The notes under the pieces were generated by a model, which was not told where the DNA came from, ran no database searches, and was given only the letters and a program-made list of their open reading frames with translations. Shown one piece after another: positions 33,997 through 42,999 of a stretch of 64,000 nucleotides of DNA (positions within the stretch are counted from its first letter, which is position 1; each line of letters begins with the position of its first letter). A program made the position numbers and the translations under genes. The stretch covers positions 37,381 through 101,380 of the forward strand of contig CBFHHP010000001.1 in the NCBI GenBank assembly GCA_965655745.1, in the 5' to 3' direction. Origin of the DNA: an uncultured Schleiferiaceae bacterium (GTDB lineage: Bacteria > Bacteroidota > Bacteroidia > Flavobacteriales > Schleiferiaceae).

Positions 33997-36489
33997 ATGA
34001 GACGCTTAGTTCTTCTTGCTCTGTTGGTAGTTAGTTCAACCTTAGGAGCGCAAACACTCACTCAAACCATTCGTGGTACCGTGGTCGATTCTGAAAGTAA
34101 ATCGCCACTTCCAGATGCCATGCTTATCTGTGATAATGTACAGGCATTCTCTGACGAGTACGGACAGTTCGAAATGGATGTAGAGATTGGCCGCAAGATT
34201 GTGGCCGTTCAACTCTTCGGCTATGAGCCTACTTCTGCTGTTGTAGAATTAAACTCAGCTAAGCAAGCTGTGATTAGAATCGCTTTGACAGAGAGCACGG
34301 TAAAGCTTGACGAGGTAGATGTTGTTGCAACACCCCGCGGTGATGTAAAGAACGAGATGGCCGTAGTGAGTGCCCGCAAGTTCTCTGTAGAAGAAACGAA
34401 CCTCTATGCGGGTTCTCGTGGGGAACCGGCTCGTATGGCAACCAACTTTGCGGGTGTTCAGGGTTCAGACGATACTCGAAATGACATTGTTGTTCGTGGT
34501 AACACGCCTGCAGGTATCCTGTACCGTTTTGAAGGAATCAACATTCCCAACCCCAACCACTTCGCCATTCCAGGGACTGGCGGTGGTCCGGTAACTATCC
34601 TTAACAATAAATACATCCAGAGCGGTGATTTCTATACAGGCGCTTGGCCAGGGGAGTACGGAAATGCTATTGCCGGTGTTTTCGATCTAGAGATGCGCGA
34701 CGGTAATAATGCCACGCCATTTGAAGGAAGCTTTCAGTTCGGTCTCTTAGGGGTAGAATTGATGGCTGAGGGTCGTTTAGGCAAAGAGAAGCCAAATGCA
34801 CCGTCTTACCTTGTCCTGGGACGCTACTCAACATTGGGTATGGCGTCAACCTTGGGCATTCCATTGGGTACTACAGCTATTCCAAACTATGCAGATGGGG
34901 CCTTTAGAGTGACGTTTCCGCAAAAAGACGGTTCGAAATTTAGCTTGTGGGGTATGGGCGGTACGTCCAACCTGGTTATTGATATTTCCGGAACCGACGG
35001 TGACCCAGTGACCGATGGTTTTGAAGGTATTGGAAGTGTAGATCGTGACCAATTCTTTGACACACACATGGGCGTAGTGGGTGCAACGCATTTAAAGCGT
35101 TTGGATAAAACGAGCTACATCAAAAGTGGTGCGGCGGTATCTCGTTCTGCCATTCATGCCCTGAACACTAAAGTATTCCGAGGTGTAGACACGGTGGCGG
35201 CTGATGAGTTCTACTACCGCGTAGATTCCGCACCAAAAATCTTGAACTATTGGTACTACGAGACCAAGATTCATGGATACAGCCATTACACGAAGAAGAT
35301 CGATGCTCGTCAAAGCTTTAAGGCGGGTGTTAATGTGGATTATGTGATGGTTGATTATTTGGATTCGACCAGAATCGTCAACGGATTAACCGGTGAAATT
35401 TCGCCTTGGGAATTCCCTTGGGGCACAGACGATGGTGGTTTCTCTTCAGACGGATACGCTGTAGTACAACCGTTCGTGAGCTACAAGAACAGATTGACAG
35501 ATAAGCTCACGATGACAGCAGGTTTAACTGCGCTGTACTCGAACATTAACGACAATACATTAAGTCCTATTGAGCCGCGTCTCGGTTTCAATTATGATGT
35601 AGACAAGCACAACAAATTTTTTACCGGTGCTGGTTACCACAGTCAAATGCAGAGTTCTTACCTCTACTACTACAGAGGATCTCAAGCCACACCTCAAGCC
35701 ATTGCTGACGGGGTATATGGAACTGAATACAACAAAGGTATGGGACTCACTAAGAGTGCGCACCTTGTAGCCGGTTGGGAGCACAACTTTGATTACCCAG
35801 TACGCATTAAACTAGAAACCTATTACCAGTACTTGTGGGACGTGCCTGTGGAGATCGTACCTTCTTACTTTTCTCTAGTGAATGGTGGTAGCGGATTTGG
35901 TCGCCTTTGGGCTGAACCTCTTGAAAACGAAGGGCAGGGACGTAACTACGGCTTAGAATTTACTGCCGAGCACTACTACCGTAACGGGTTCTACAGCCTG
36001 TTTACAGGATCCATCTTCGATGCTAAGTACAAGGGCTCTAAGAATATTGCTGCTGCCGGCACAGGGTCTTCAGACGATATTTGGGTGAATACGACCTTCA
36101 ACGGCCGTTATGCATTCAACTTCATCATGGCAAAGAATTACCAAGTGGGTAAATATGGCGTCTTTAACCTAGGGACCAAGGTGAGTTCTATTGGTGGACG
36201 TTGGTTTGGTGATATTGATCAGGACGCTTCAGCGAGAGGTTCAGAAATTGAGTTTATCGACGATTTTACATTCAATTCCAATCAATACCGCCCGTACTTC
36301 CGTCTTGACTTTAAGGTGGGGTACAAGTGGAACTTCTTGAACCTAGCACACGAGTTTGCTTTGGATATTTCGAACATTACCAATAACAAAAACATCTTGA
36401 CTTTAACCTACTTGCCAGAGACCGGTGAGGTAGCGGAGAATTACCAGTTGGGACTGTTCCCGGTGTTCTACTATAAGATTGACTTCTAA
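33997..36489 (+). CDS. TonB-dependent receptor (CarboxypepD_reg-like N-terminus)
   Basis: The signal peptide is MRRLVLLALLVVSSTLGAQ. IRGTVVDSESKSPLPDAML follows. The plug reads ...GVQGSDDTRNDIVVRGN.P. The barrel ends ...VFYYKIDF. The start is ATG 33997. Confidence 0.85.
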   Translation: MRRLVLLALLVVSSTLGAQTLTQTIRGTVVDSESKSPLPDAMLICDNVQAFSDEYGQFEMDVEIGRKIVAVQLFGYEPTSAVVELNSAKQAVIRIALTESTVKLDEVDVVATPRGDVKNEMAVVSARKFSVEETNLYAGSRGEPARMATNFAGVQGSDDTRNDIVVRGNTPAGILYRFEGINIPNPNHFAIPGTGGGPVTILNNKYIQSGDFYTGAWPGEYGNAIAGVFDLEMRDGNNATPFEGSFQFGLLGVELMAEGRLGKEKPNAPSYLVLGRYSTLGMASTLGIPLGTTAIPNYADGAFRVTFPQKDGSKFSLWGMGGTSNLVIDISGTDGDPVTDGFEGIGSVDRDQFFDTHMGVVGATHLKRLDKTSYIKSGAAVSRSAIHALNTKVFRGVDTVAADEFYYRVDSAPKILNYWYYETKIHGYSHYTKKIDARQSFKAGVNVDYVMVDYLDSTRIVNGLTGEISPWEFPWGTDDGGFSSDGYAVVQPFVSYKNRLTDKLTMTAGLTALYSNINDNTLSPIEPRLGFNYDVDKHNKFFTGAGYHSQMQSSYLYYYRGSQATPQAIADGVYGTEYNKGMGLTKSAHLVAGWEHNFDYPVRIKLETYYQYLWDVPVEIVPSYFSLVNGGSGFGRLWAEPLENEGQGRNYGLEFTAEHYYRNGFYSLFTGSIFDAKYKGSKNIAAAGTGSSDDIWVNTTFNGRYAFNFIMAKNYQVGKYGVFNLGTKVSSIGGRWFGDIDQDASARGSEIEFIDDFTFNSNQYRPYFRLDFKVGYKWNFLNLAHEFALDISNITNNKNILTLTYLPETGEVAENYQLGLFPVFYYKIDF

Positions 36490-36509
36490 TTGAGAGAGAG
36501 AAAATAAAG

Positions 36510-36544
36510 AAAAAGCCCGGCGCTGCGCGCCGGGCTTTTTTTTA
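36510..36544. terminator. bidirectional rho-independent terminator
   Basis: AAAAA, GCCCGGCG...CGCCGGGC, TTTTTTTT, between convergent genes. Confidence 0.75.
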
Positions 36545-36545
36545 T

Positions 36546-37553
36546 CTATTTGCGATAAAATCTATGAATGACACCGTCGATCTCAATGGAGTAGAAGCCG
36601 TAATGTGAAGCATAGGTGGCTTTCGCATCATCTGGCAACTCTATATCAGGGTTGTGGTAAATACCTTCAAACTCCAATATTCCTGAACTGTCAAATTTGA
36701 TACCATTAAAACTGTGTGCATCTAACTTATTCAGACTAAACCAAGCTCCTTCTCCTAGTCCGCCAAGCCAATGAGCCGAATCAGGGAGAGATGACGGTCG
36801 CGTAGGCTCCTCTATTTCACCATGAATAGAATCATCCGGTAAAGTACTAGTATACTTGCTCAATGAGCTTTCCAATAAACCTGCTCCTAAGTCAGCTATG
36901 CTGTGTCTGCGAGATTTATCCATAAATTGGAGGGTTCCCCCTTCAAAACTGTAAATGCTATCTTCTGTGCTGGCAGCCACTACATTATAAAGGGGTGTTG
37001 GTCGATAGGTCAAGGGATATTTTAGTTTGCTACCTATGGTTCCATCTTCATTAGCAGCCTTCATGGTCTCGGTCACAAATCGTGCACAATTTGAAGCACT
37101 TTTGTCCAATCCATTATAGGGAAAATAACCACGCATCACCATTTCATCCGCATATGCCTTGGCTTTTGCAAAGTTGATGGTTTTACTTACGGAAAAAATG
37201 AGAGGTCCTGTACCGTGCGTATATTTGGATTTACTGTCCAACTCATGTGCTATCTCTTCGACATTTGTTAGATTTCGATCGTCGTCAAAAGTCGCTTTGA
37301 GTTTTAGTGATAGCTGAGGTTCTGAATATTTACATCGCGCTCTCCCAAACCCGCGTGGTGTTATGTACCGTCCAAAATCGTAATAAAGGACTTCAAATGT
37401 CTGAGGATTAATGAGGCAAATAGCTGCATGTCCTACCCGCATATTGAGGTTTTTAACTAAACCTGTTCTTCGCAAAAAAATTGCTAGACTTTCGTCTGCG
37501 CGCGCCGTGCATTCTGGCCAAGCGATAACAATTGCGGTATCTAGAAAGGACAT
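36546..37553 (-). CDS. hypothetical protein with a possible permuted papain-like (LRAT/NlpC-P60-like) His...Cys N-terminal domain
   Basis: 335 aa with no signal peptide. RVGHAAICLI (His) is followed about 125 aa later by SASNCARFVTE, which is similar to the NCEHF motif of LRAT-like enzymes. I could not assign the C-terminal half. The fold call is inference only. Confidence 0.4.
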   Translation of the reverse strand: MSFLDTAIVIAWPECTARADESLAIFLRRTGLVKNLNMRVGHAAICLINPQTFEVLYYDFGRYITPRGFGRARCKYSEPQLSLKLKATFDDDRNLTNVEEIAHELDSKSKYTHGTGPLIFSVSKTINFAKAKAYADEMVMRGYFPYNGLDKSASNCARFVTETMKAANEDGTIGSKLKYPLTYRPTPLYNVVAASTEDSIYSFEGGTLQFMDKSRRHSIADLGAGLLESSLSKYTSTLPDDSIHGEIEEPTRPSSLPDSAHWLGGLGEGAWFSLNKLDAHSFNGIKFDSSGILEFEGIYHNPDIELPDDAKATYASHYGFYSIEIDGVIHRFYRK

Positions 37554-37610
37554 ATTCTAATGAATAATAACTTACCAAAAATACACATATTGAGCATTGA
37601 AAGAGATAAG

Positions 37611-38273
37611 TTAAGAGATCAATTTAAGTATCTCTTCATAGTTTTTTGCACAATATGTTGCACCACAAGTACTTAAGTCCTGCTCTGTTTTGCTGGTAAG
37701 AATGCCAAAAGCCGTTCCTCCCGCATTAATTGCAGCGGTAATACCACTGGAAGTATCCTCAAACACCCAAAGCTCTTGGGTTTGTAACGACTCTTGAGTT
37801 AAGCTTTTTAGGCAGGTGAGAAAAATTTCTGGGTCAGGCTTTCCTTTATTCACTTCCTCTGCGGTATGTACGGCCTTAAAGAAGTGACGTATTCCCAAAG
37901 TATCAAGCGTAAAGTCTGCATTGGCCTTGTTGCCCATAGTGCCTACTGCCATGGGAATATTATTGTCTAGGAAGAACTGTAGCAATGGTAGCAATCCTTC
38001 AACAGGCGCGATGTGCGGACGGTAAATTTCTCGGTACAAGGCCTCTTTTTCATCTCCAATACGCTCGCTCTCTTCAAATGTGATGTCGTTGCCAAAGAAG
38101 TTTTGGCAGACTTCAAAATTGGTCCCGTGCAAATCTTTAATGATGTCGTCAATGGAACGAGGCGCACCGTACTTTTCACAAATGATTTGCCATGCCTTTA
38201 GATGGAACTGATAGTTGTTGATCAATGTCCCGTCCATATCGAAGATGACCGCTTTTGGAAGTTCAAGCGGCAT
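37611..38273 (-). CDS. HAD-superfamily hydrolase (beta-phosphoglucomutase/phosphatase-like, subfamily IA)
   Basis: KAVIFDMDGTLINN (motif I DxDGT), ...VGTMG..., ...GKPDPEIF..., VFEDTSSGI. The start is ATG at 38273, which shares one base with the TAA of the upstream gene. Confidence 0.8.
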   Translation of the reverse strand: MPLELPKAVIFDMDGTLINNYQFHLKAWQIICEKYGAPRSIDDIIKDLHGTNFEVCQNFFGNDITFEESERIGDEKEALYREIYRPHIAPVEGLLPLLQFFLDNNIPMAVGTMGNKANADFTLDTLGIRHFFKAVHTAEEVNKGKPDPEIFLTCLKSLTQESLQTQELWVFEDTSSGITAAINAGGTAFGILTSKTEQDLSTCGATYCAKNYEEILKLIS

Positions 38274-40846
38274 TATGGAAGAATGAAAATGGTGAATTCG
38301 TCGATATGTAGTTGATCGGAAGGCAATTGGGTAAATGTCCGCATAGAATACGCACCTTGATGAATCTCTTGTCCTAAAGCTACTGGATCCCAACACTCCG
38401 TTGAAGGCCCACGGAATAGTTCATTGCCCCAGCGGTCATAAACCGCGTATTCAGTTCTTGTTGGAAGTGAGCTGCTCAAGCAGTAAGCGTCATTCACACC
38501 GTCACCGTTAGGCGAGAACGCTGTAGGAACGTACATCAGTAAGTTGTCTAGACAATCTACTTCAAGCACTCGCTGAATGGTATCCAGATTACCACAACTA
38601 TCGATGGCTACCAGTGTTAACTCGTGCGATCCAGCGAACGGAAAGAGTGTATCTAAAACAGGATCAGTGTAGGTCTGTTCTCCTAGGGTCAAAGAGATGA
38701 ATTGTGTATAACCAGTGGCTGTAAGGGTGTAATTAGGGCAGCCAAATCCTTCATCGATATAAGGCTCGGAAATCACTCTATATTTGAAGGTGTCTTCATG
38801 TTCACAACCGTTAATATCGGTACTCAGGTAGGGGTAGATTGCAGTGGAATCGAACAGGAGTTCTGTTGCAAAGGTATCTAAGGTAATCCAATACATGGAG
38901 GCAAGATCGGGGTCATTAAAATCGATGGTAAGTGAATCACAATAAGCGGTATCACTAGTTATTGGCGTAAACAGTGAACCATTCACCAAATAAATACTAT
39001 CGTGGAACTGACAATCACCTAAATCTACAGTTACCCAGGCCCATCCTGGATCATAAGCGGTAGTACTTGAAGTAGTATCTCCTGTAGACCAAAGGTAGGA
39101 GAGGTCAGGGCTAGCGCCTTCTACCTCCAGGACAATGGGTTGACCGGCACAAACACTCGCTGAATCGGCTTGAATTGGCTCATAGGCAGTCCCGTAGTAG
39201 TTAAAGTCAAAATAGATTGAATCTTTATACCCTCGTCCATCTTCTACAACTACTTTGATCTCCACGGGGCCGTTGTAAACCGGATCAATGAGTGCATGTA
39301 TTAGAGTGTCGGCAGCATTTGAATCGACTACAGTGCCCAAACCTTGAAGTAGCGTTGTACTCACCACGTTGATGCTATCGACACAGCTTTGGTAGTGGAA
39401 GTAAAGCGGTATAGGGGATCCGCAAATAGCACCTAATTGTATGTCTTGAACAGGTAAGGCAGAAAATGGATCGAGGATCTTAAAATCGTCGTCAAAGCCA
39501 CTAATATATCCGTAAAGTCCGGTGCTAGCATCACCTGCTAGGACACCAATATGAAATGGAGTGATACAGTCTAACGTAAAGCTATTGGTTAAGATATTAG
39601 AGCCAATATAAACCCCTGTCCAATTCGGATCGTAAGTACTTTGCTGAAAAGTAATGCCCGTATAGGATTGTATGGAGGATCCATTGTAATTCAGATTTGG
39701 GATAGCGCTTGTGGGTATGGTAATAAGTGCTGAAGTTGAAAGCCCCGAGGCTCGATTATATACAACTCGTGTTGATCCTGTACAATCTACGTGTGGTAAT
39801 TGAGCCATGCCTTGTTCTGGGTTGTTGTTGTTCGCTCCTGTGGTAACCTGATAGACGTAGATAGGATGATTTGAGTCAACAATAAACGGTTTACCTGGAG
39901 TGGATGCATTCCCGGCCATTGAATAAGTGCCAACATCTCCTTTGGCTCCGTTGGTCATAATGTTAATTCCGTCGACAGTAATTGTGGTAGAATCCTGCGT
40001 AGCAATGTACATGAAGTAATCTTGAGGTGTGCTGCCTCGACCCCTCAGTACAACGTGCTTTACACCTAAATGCTCAAGAGGTGTAATTTGGTCAATTCCT
40101 GCATCTGCGTTATTTGCATTTATCGCGTTTAAATGATTGCCTCCAGCCGTTACTGCGATAGGCTTGGTTGAAGTTACTCTCGTTCCGAGTAATTGATCAT
40201 TATCAAGCATACTACTCACCCAACTTTGCCCTGCATTCAATGTGAAAATGACACTGTCACGACCATTATCAAATAGATTACCGCTACGTGCCTTAATTCG
40301 TACATCGGTGCTGTCTTCAAGTGCAACTATACTTACGTAATGCAACCCGTAGTAATTTGAATAAGTGCCCGTTACGGTGGATAGTATTAGAGTTTGAGAT
40401 GCTAAATAAAATTCATCACCGATACCATTAGTTCCTTTACCTGTGATGATCTCTTGATTGTTTTGATGACGAACCCTTTGGGTCACTGTAACCGGCTGAG
40501 TGGCTTCCACAAACAAAGCATCCTTGTAGCGTTTTTGGTTGGTCCAGGTCAAATTTCTAGCCCCGTAGGTGCTTTGCATAGCATTGTTGATGCCGCTAAA
40601 GGTTACCGTCGTCAAATTGCCTTGCGTAACAGTGAGTGTATTAGAATAACTGGTATCACTGTTGTAGATCCAAACTGTCGAAGATTGCGTACTTGTACTT
40701 ATTTGTAAATCTATAGTATGCTGCCCACCCTGCCATTCTAGTAGAGGCGGAAAGGCAAAGTAAGTATCACTCTGAGCGAAGCTTGATGTGCTACAAAGCA
40801 TTATAAACCCTAATAGTAGGAGCCTGTATGTTCGTGATACTTTCAT
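38273..40846 (-). CDS. large secreted protein with a T9SS type-B (gliding-motility-associated) C-terminal sorting domain, paralog 2
   Basis: The signal peptide is MKVSRTYRLLLLGFIMLCSTSSFAQ. The N-terminal ~480 aa are homologous to the upstream gene. The middle region has Cys-containing Ig-like repeats (YLWSTGDTTS). The C-terminus is VPTAFSPNGDGVNDAY...YAVYDRWGNELF....CWD. The start is at Met16 (40846), overlapping the upstream stop by 1 nt. Confidence 0.75.
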   Translation of the reverse strand: MKVSRTYRLLLLGFIMLCSTSSFAQSDTYFAFPPLLEWQGGQHTIDLQISTSTQSSTVWIYNSDTSYSNTLTVTQGNLTTVTFSGINNAMQSTYGARNLTWTNQKRYKDALFVEATQPVTVTQRVRHQNNQEIITGKGTNGIGDEFYLASQTLILSTVTGTYSNYYGLHYVSIVALEDSTDVRIKARSGNLFDNGRDSVIFTLNAGQSWVSSMLDNDQLLGTRVTSTKPIAVTAGGNHLNAINANNADAGIDQITPLEHLGVKHVVLRGRGSTPQDYFMYIATQDSTTITVDGINIMTNGAKGDVGTYSMAGNASTPGKPFIVDSNHPIYVYQVTTGANNNNPEQGMAQLPHVDCTGSTRVVYNRASGLSTSALITIPTSAIPNLNYNGSSIQSYTGITFQQSTYDPNWTGVYIGSNILTNSFTLDCITPFHIGVLAGDASTGLYGYISGFDDDFKILDPFSALPVQDIQLGAICGSPIPLYFHYQSCVDSINVVSTTLLQGLGTVVDSNAADTLIHALIDPVYNGPVEIKVVVEDGRGYKDSIYFDFNYYGTAYEPIQADSASVCAGQPIVLEVEGASPDLSYLWSTGDTTSSTTAYDPGWAWVTVDLGDCQFHDSIYLVNGSLFTPITSDTAYCDSLTIDFNDPDLASMYWITLDTFATELLFDSTAIYPYLSTDINGCEHEDTFKYRVISEPYIDEGFGCPNYTLTATGYTQFISLTLGEQTYTDPVLDTLFPFAGSHELTLVAIDSCGNLDTIQRVLEVDCLDNLLMYVPTAFSPNGDGVNDAYCLSSSLPTRTEYAVYDRWGNELFRGPSTECWDPVALGQEIHQGAYSMRTFTQLPSDQLHIDEFTIFILP

Positions 40847-42768
40847 TAATGAATGACATGTATTGCGCCCGCTTTGGTGAACGGGCCGCATATTGTTTCC
40901 GTTTTGATGGTGTAATAGTATACCCCTGGGGCTATATTGGTATTGTTCAATCGACCGTCCCAGGCCTGGCTCATAGTATTGGTATGGTACACCTTAGTTC
41001 CCCATCTGCTGTAAATGGCGATGTCAAAGAGGTCAAGGTAGTCATCACTTCGAATGGTGAGCCTATCGTTGATTTGGTCGTTGTTGGGTGTGATGAAGTT
41101 AGGTACCGTTATTGGGTCATAGTTCTTGCCCAAGTGTTCAAACCTAAACTCAATAATCTCCTCACCTCCAGAGCCGTCACGTACCGTAACAGCAACTACT
41201 ACATCGCCGCTGAACCCTTCCTCAGGAACTACTCGAAGTACGGTGTCTTGTTGATTTTCATCCAACAATACCCCTTGGCCTTGGAGCAGTGCTGCAGAGA
41301 TTACCCTGATACTGTCTGAACAAGAATTAAAACCGAAAATCAGCGGTATCGTATCAGCACATTGCTTGGGCAGTTCTATTATATCAGTCGAAGAAGGGTC
41401 TGTTGGGTCGTAGAGTTCAAATTTATCGTCAAAACCACTGATGTACCCGTACAATCCCGTTGAGGTGCCTTGCCCCGCAATAATCCCGACATGGAATGGG
41501 GTAGTACACTCCAAAGTAAAGTTGTTGGTCAATGTATTGCTGTTGATAAAAACGCCTGACCAACTGGCATCATAAGTGCTTTGCTGCACTGTTACATTCG
41601 GGTTGGAACTTACGGAAAGTCCATTGTATTCTAACGAAGCTACTGCATTGCTCGGTATTGTGACCATCGCTGCAGTGGCAAGGCCAGGAGCTCTGTTATA
41701 TCTAATAAAATTTGATCCGGTACAGTTCACCTGTGGGATTTGTGCCATTCCCATTTCGGGCTCGTTGCCCACAGTACCTGTAGTGGCTTGGAATACGTAG
41801 ATAGGATTGTTGCTTTCCACCACATAAGGACGTCCCGGTTGCGTTGCTAAGCCTACCATACTGTGGGTGATAGATTCACCAGCATTCGCGTTGGATAAAA
41901 CAGTAACACCATCAACAGTAATATTGGTGCCATCTTCTGTGGCGATACACATGATGTAATCGTTCGGGTGGTAGGCCAAGCCTCGCAGCACTACATGTTT
42001 ATTCCCGAGAAGTTCTACAGGAGTAACCTGATCTAATCCTGCATCGCCATGGTTGGCCGAAGCGTTTTTTAGGTGATTACCGCCAGCTGTTACTGCTATT
42101 GGTTTGGAGGCTGTAATTCGTGTACCGAGCAGTTGCTGATCGTCTTCCATCGTACTAACCCAACTTTGCCCTTGGTTCAAAGTGAATACAACACTATCTG
42201 CGCCCGTTGTGAAAACATTGCCGTCCGCTGCTTTGAATTTAATTTCTGTGTTGTCCTCCATGGCCACAACACTGATATAATGCATACCATGGTAGCCAAA
42301 GAATGTACCGCTAACTGTAGTCGTAATGAGCGTCTGGCTGGCGACATAGAACTCCTTCCCAAGCGCATTTCTGCCTTTGGCAGTGATGATTTCTTGGTTA
42401 AATGGCTCCACAATCTGCTCCGTCACGGTGATGGGTGCTGTAGATTCAATGAATAAGGCGTCTTTGTACCTTTTTGAGTTTGGCCAATTCAATTCTCTCG
42501 CCCCATAAGTGCTTAGAAGACCTGCAACAGGATTCGTAAAACTCAAGGTTGCAACGTTCCCGGAGGTCACTGTAATATTCTGAGAAAAGGAGGCATCGCT
42601 ATTATAAACGTACACCTGAGCGCTAGGTTCGGTGGTGGAGAAATTCAAATTTATATCGTGATCGCCACCTTCCCATTCGAGAAGCGGAGGGAGAACGAAG
42701 AACGTATCGCTCTGACCTTGAGCTAACAAGGTGCAAAACAATAGTATTGATACGGCGGTAATTCTCAT
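40846..42768 (-). CDS. secreted protein with a T9SS type-B C-terminal sorting domain, paralog 1
   Basis: The signal peptide is MRITAVSILLFCTLLAQGQ. The N-terminal domain has more than half its residues identical to the downstream paralog by eye (SDTFFVLPPLLEWEGG..., KRYKDALF, LGTRITASKPIAVTAGGNHL, GLYGYISGFDD). The C-terminus is FITPNNDQINDRL...IAIYSRWGTKVYH...WDGRLN...PGVYYYTI. Confidence 0.75.
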   Translation of the reverse strand: MRITAVSILLFCTLLAQGQSDTFFVLPPLLEWEGGDHDINLNFSTTEPSAQVYVYNSDASFSQNITVTSGNVATLSFTNPVAGLLSTYGARELNWPNSKRYKDALFIESTAPITVTEQIVEPFNQEIITAKGRNALGKEFYVASQTLITTTVSGTFFGYHGMHYISVVAMEDNTEIKFKAADGNVFTTGADSVVFTLNQGQSWVSTMEDDQQLLGTRITASKPIAVTAGGNHLKNASANHGDAGLDQVTPVELLGNKHVVLRGLAYHPNDYIMCIATEDGTNITVDGVTVLSNANAGESITHSMVGLATQPGRPYVVESNNPIYVFQATTGTVGNEPEMGMAQIPQVNCTGSNFIRYNRAPGLATAAMVTIPSNAVASLEYNGLSVSSNPNVTVQQSTYDASWSGVFINSNTLTNNFTLECTTPFHVGIIAGQGTSTGLYGYISGFDDKFELYDPTDPSSTDIIELPKQCADTIPLIFGFNSCSDSIRVISAALLQGQGVLLDENQQDTVLRVVPEEGFSGDVVVAVTVRDGSGGEEIIEFRFEHLGKNYDPITVPNFITPNNDQINDRLTIRSDDYLDLFDIAIYSRWGTKVYHTNTMSQAWDGRLNNTNIAPGVYYYTIKTETICGPFTKAGAIHVIH

Positions 42769-42856
42769 TGCCTTAAATATAGTGTAAGATGTACACTTAA
42801 TAAGGGTTTACACGCGTTTGTCTAGTAATTGTCCGATGCCTATTTTAGCAGTGCCT

Positions 42857-42943
42857 AGAGAGGTGCCTGAGTGGTTGAAAGGGCCCGCCTGGAAAGCTGG
42901 TATAGGTGCAAGCCTATCGAGGGTTCGAATCCCTTCCTCTCTG
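42857..42943 (+). tRNA. tRNA-Ser (anticodon GGA)
   Basis: AGAGAGGTGCCTGAGTGGTTGAAAGGGCCCGCCTGGAAAGCTGGTATAGGTGCAAGCCTATCGAGGGTTCGAATCCCTTCCTCTCTG. It has a class II long variable arm and the anticodon loop CTGGAAA. The acceptor is AGAGAGG/CCTCTCT (A1:U72). There is one C:U mismatch in the anticodon stem. Confidence 0.8.
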
Positions 42944-42950
42944 CAACAAC

Positions 42951-42985
42951 AAACCCCCAAACGCTCAAGCGTTTGGGGGTTTGTT
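42951..42985 (+). terminator. rho-independent terminator after tRNA-Ser(GGA)
   Basis: AAACCCCCAAACGC-tcaa-GCGTTTGGGGGTTT, a 14-bp stem. Confidence 0.7.
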
Positions 42986-42999
42986 CGTCAAGAAAGACT

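Noticed and set aside
38274-38396. N-terminal extensions offered by the ORF track. Examples are HAD 37611..38396, aroC from 3847, ftcD from 1715, the 22080 start of the small ORF and the 49671 start of the lipoprotein.
   Set aside because: The extensions overlap the upstream gene or use TTG. Their composition is odd. Internal ATGs give canonical N-termini (DxDGT motif, MPGNTIG, MSYRIEC, signal peptides).
40828-41319. 163-aa plus-strand ORF spanning the junction of the two T9SS paralogs.
   Set aside because: It is antisense to both paralog genes. The minus-strand frames have strong paralogous conservation, and this frame has none.
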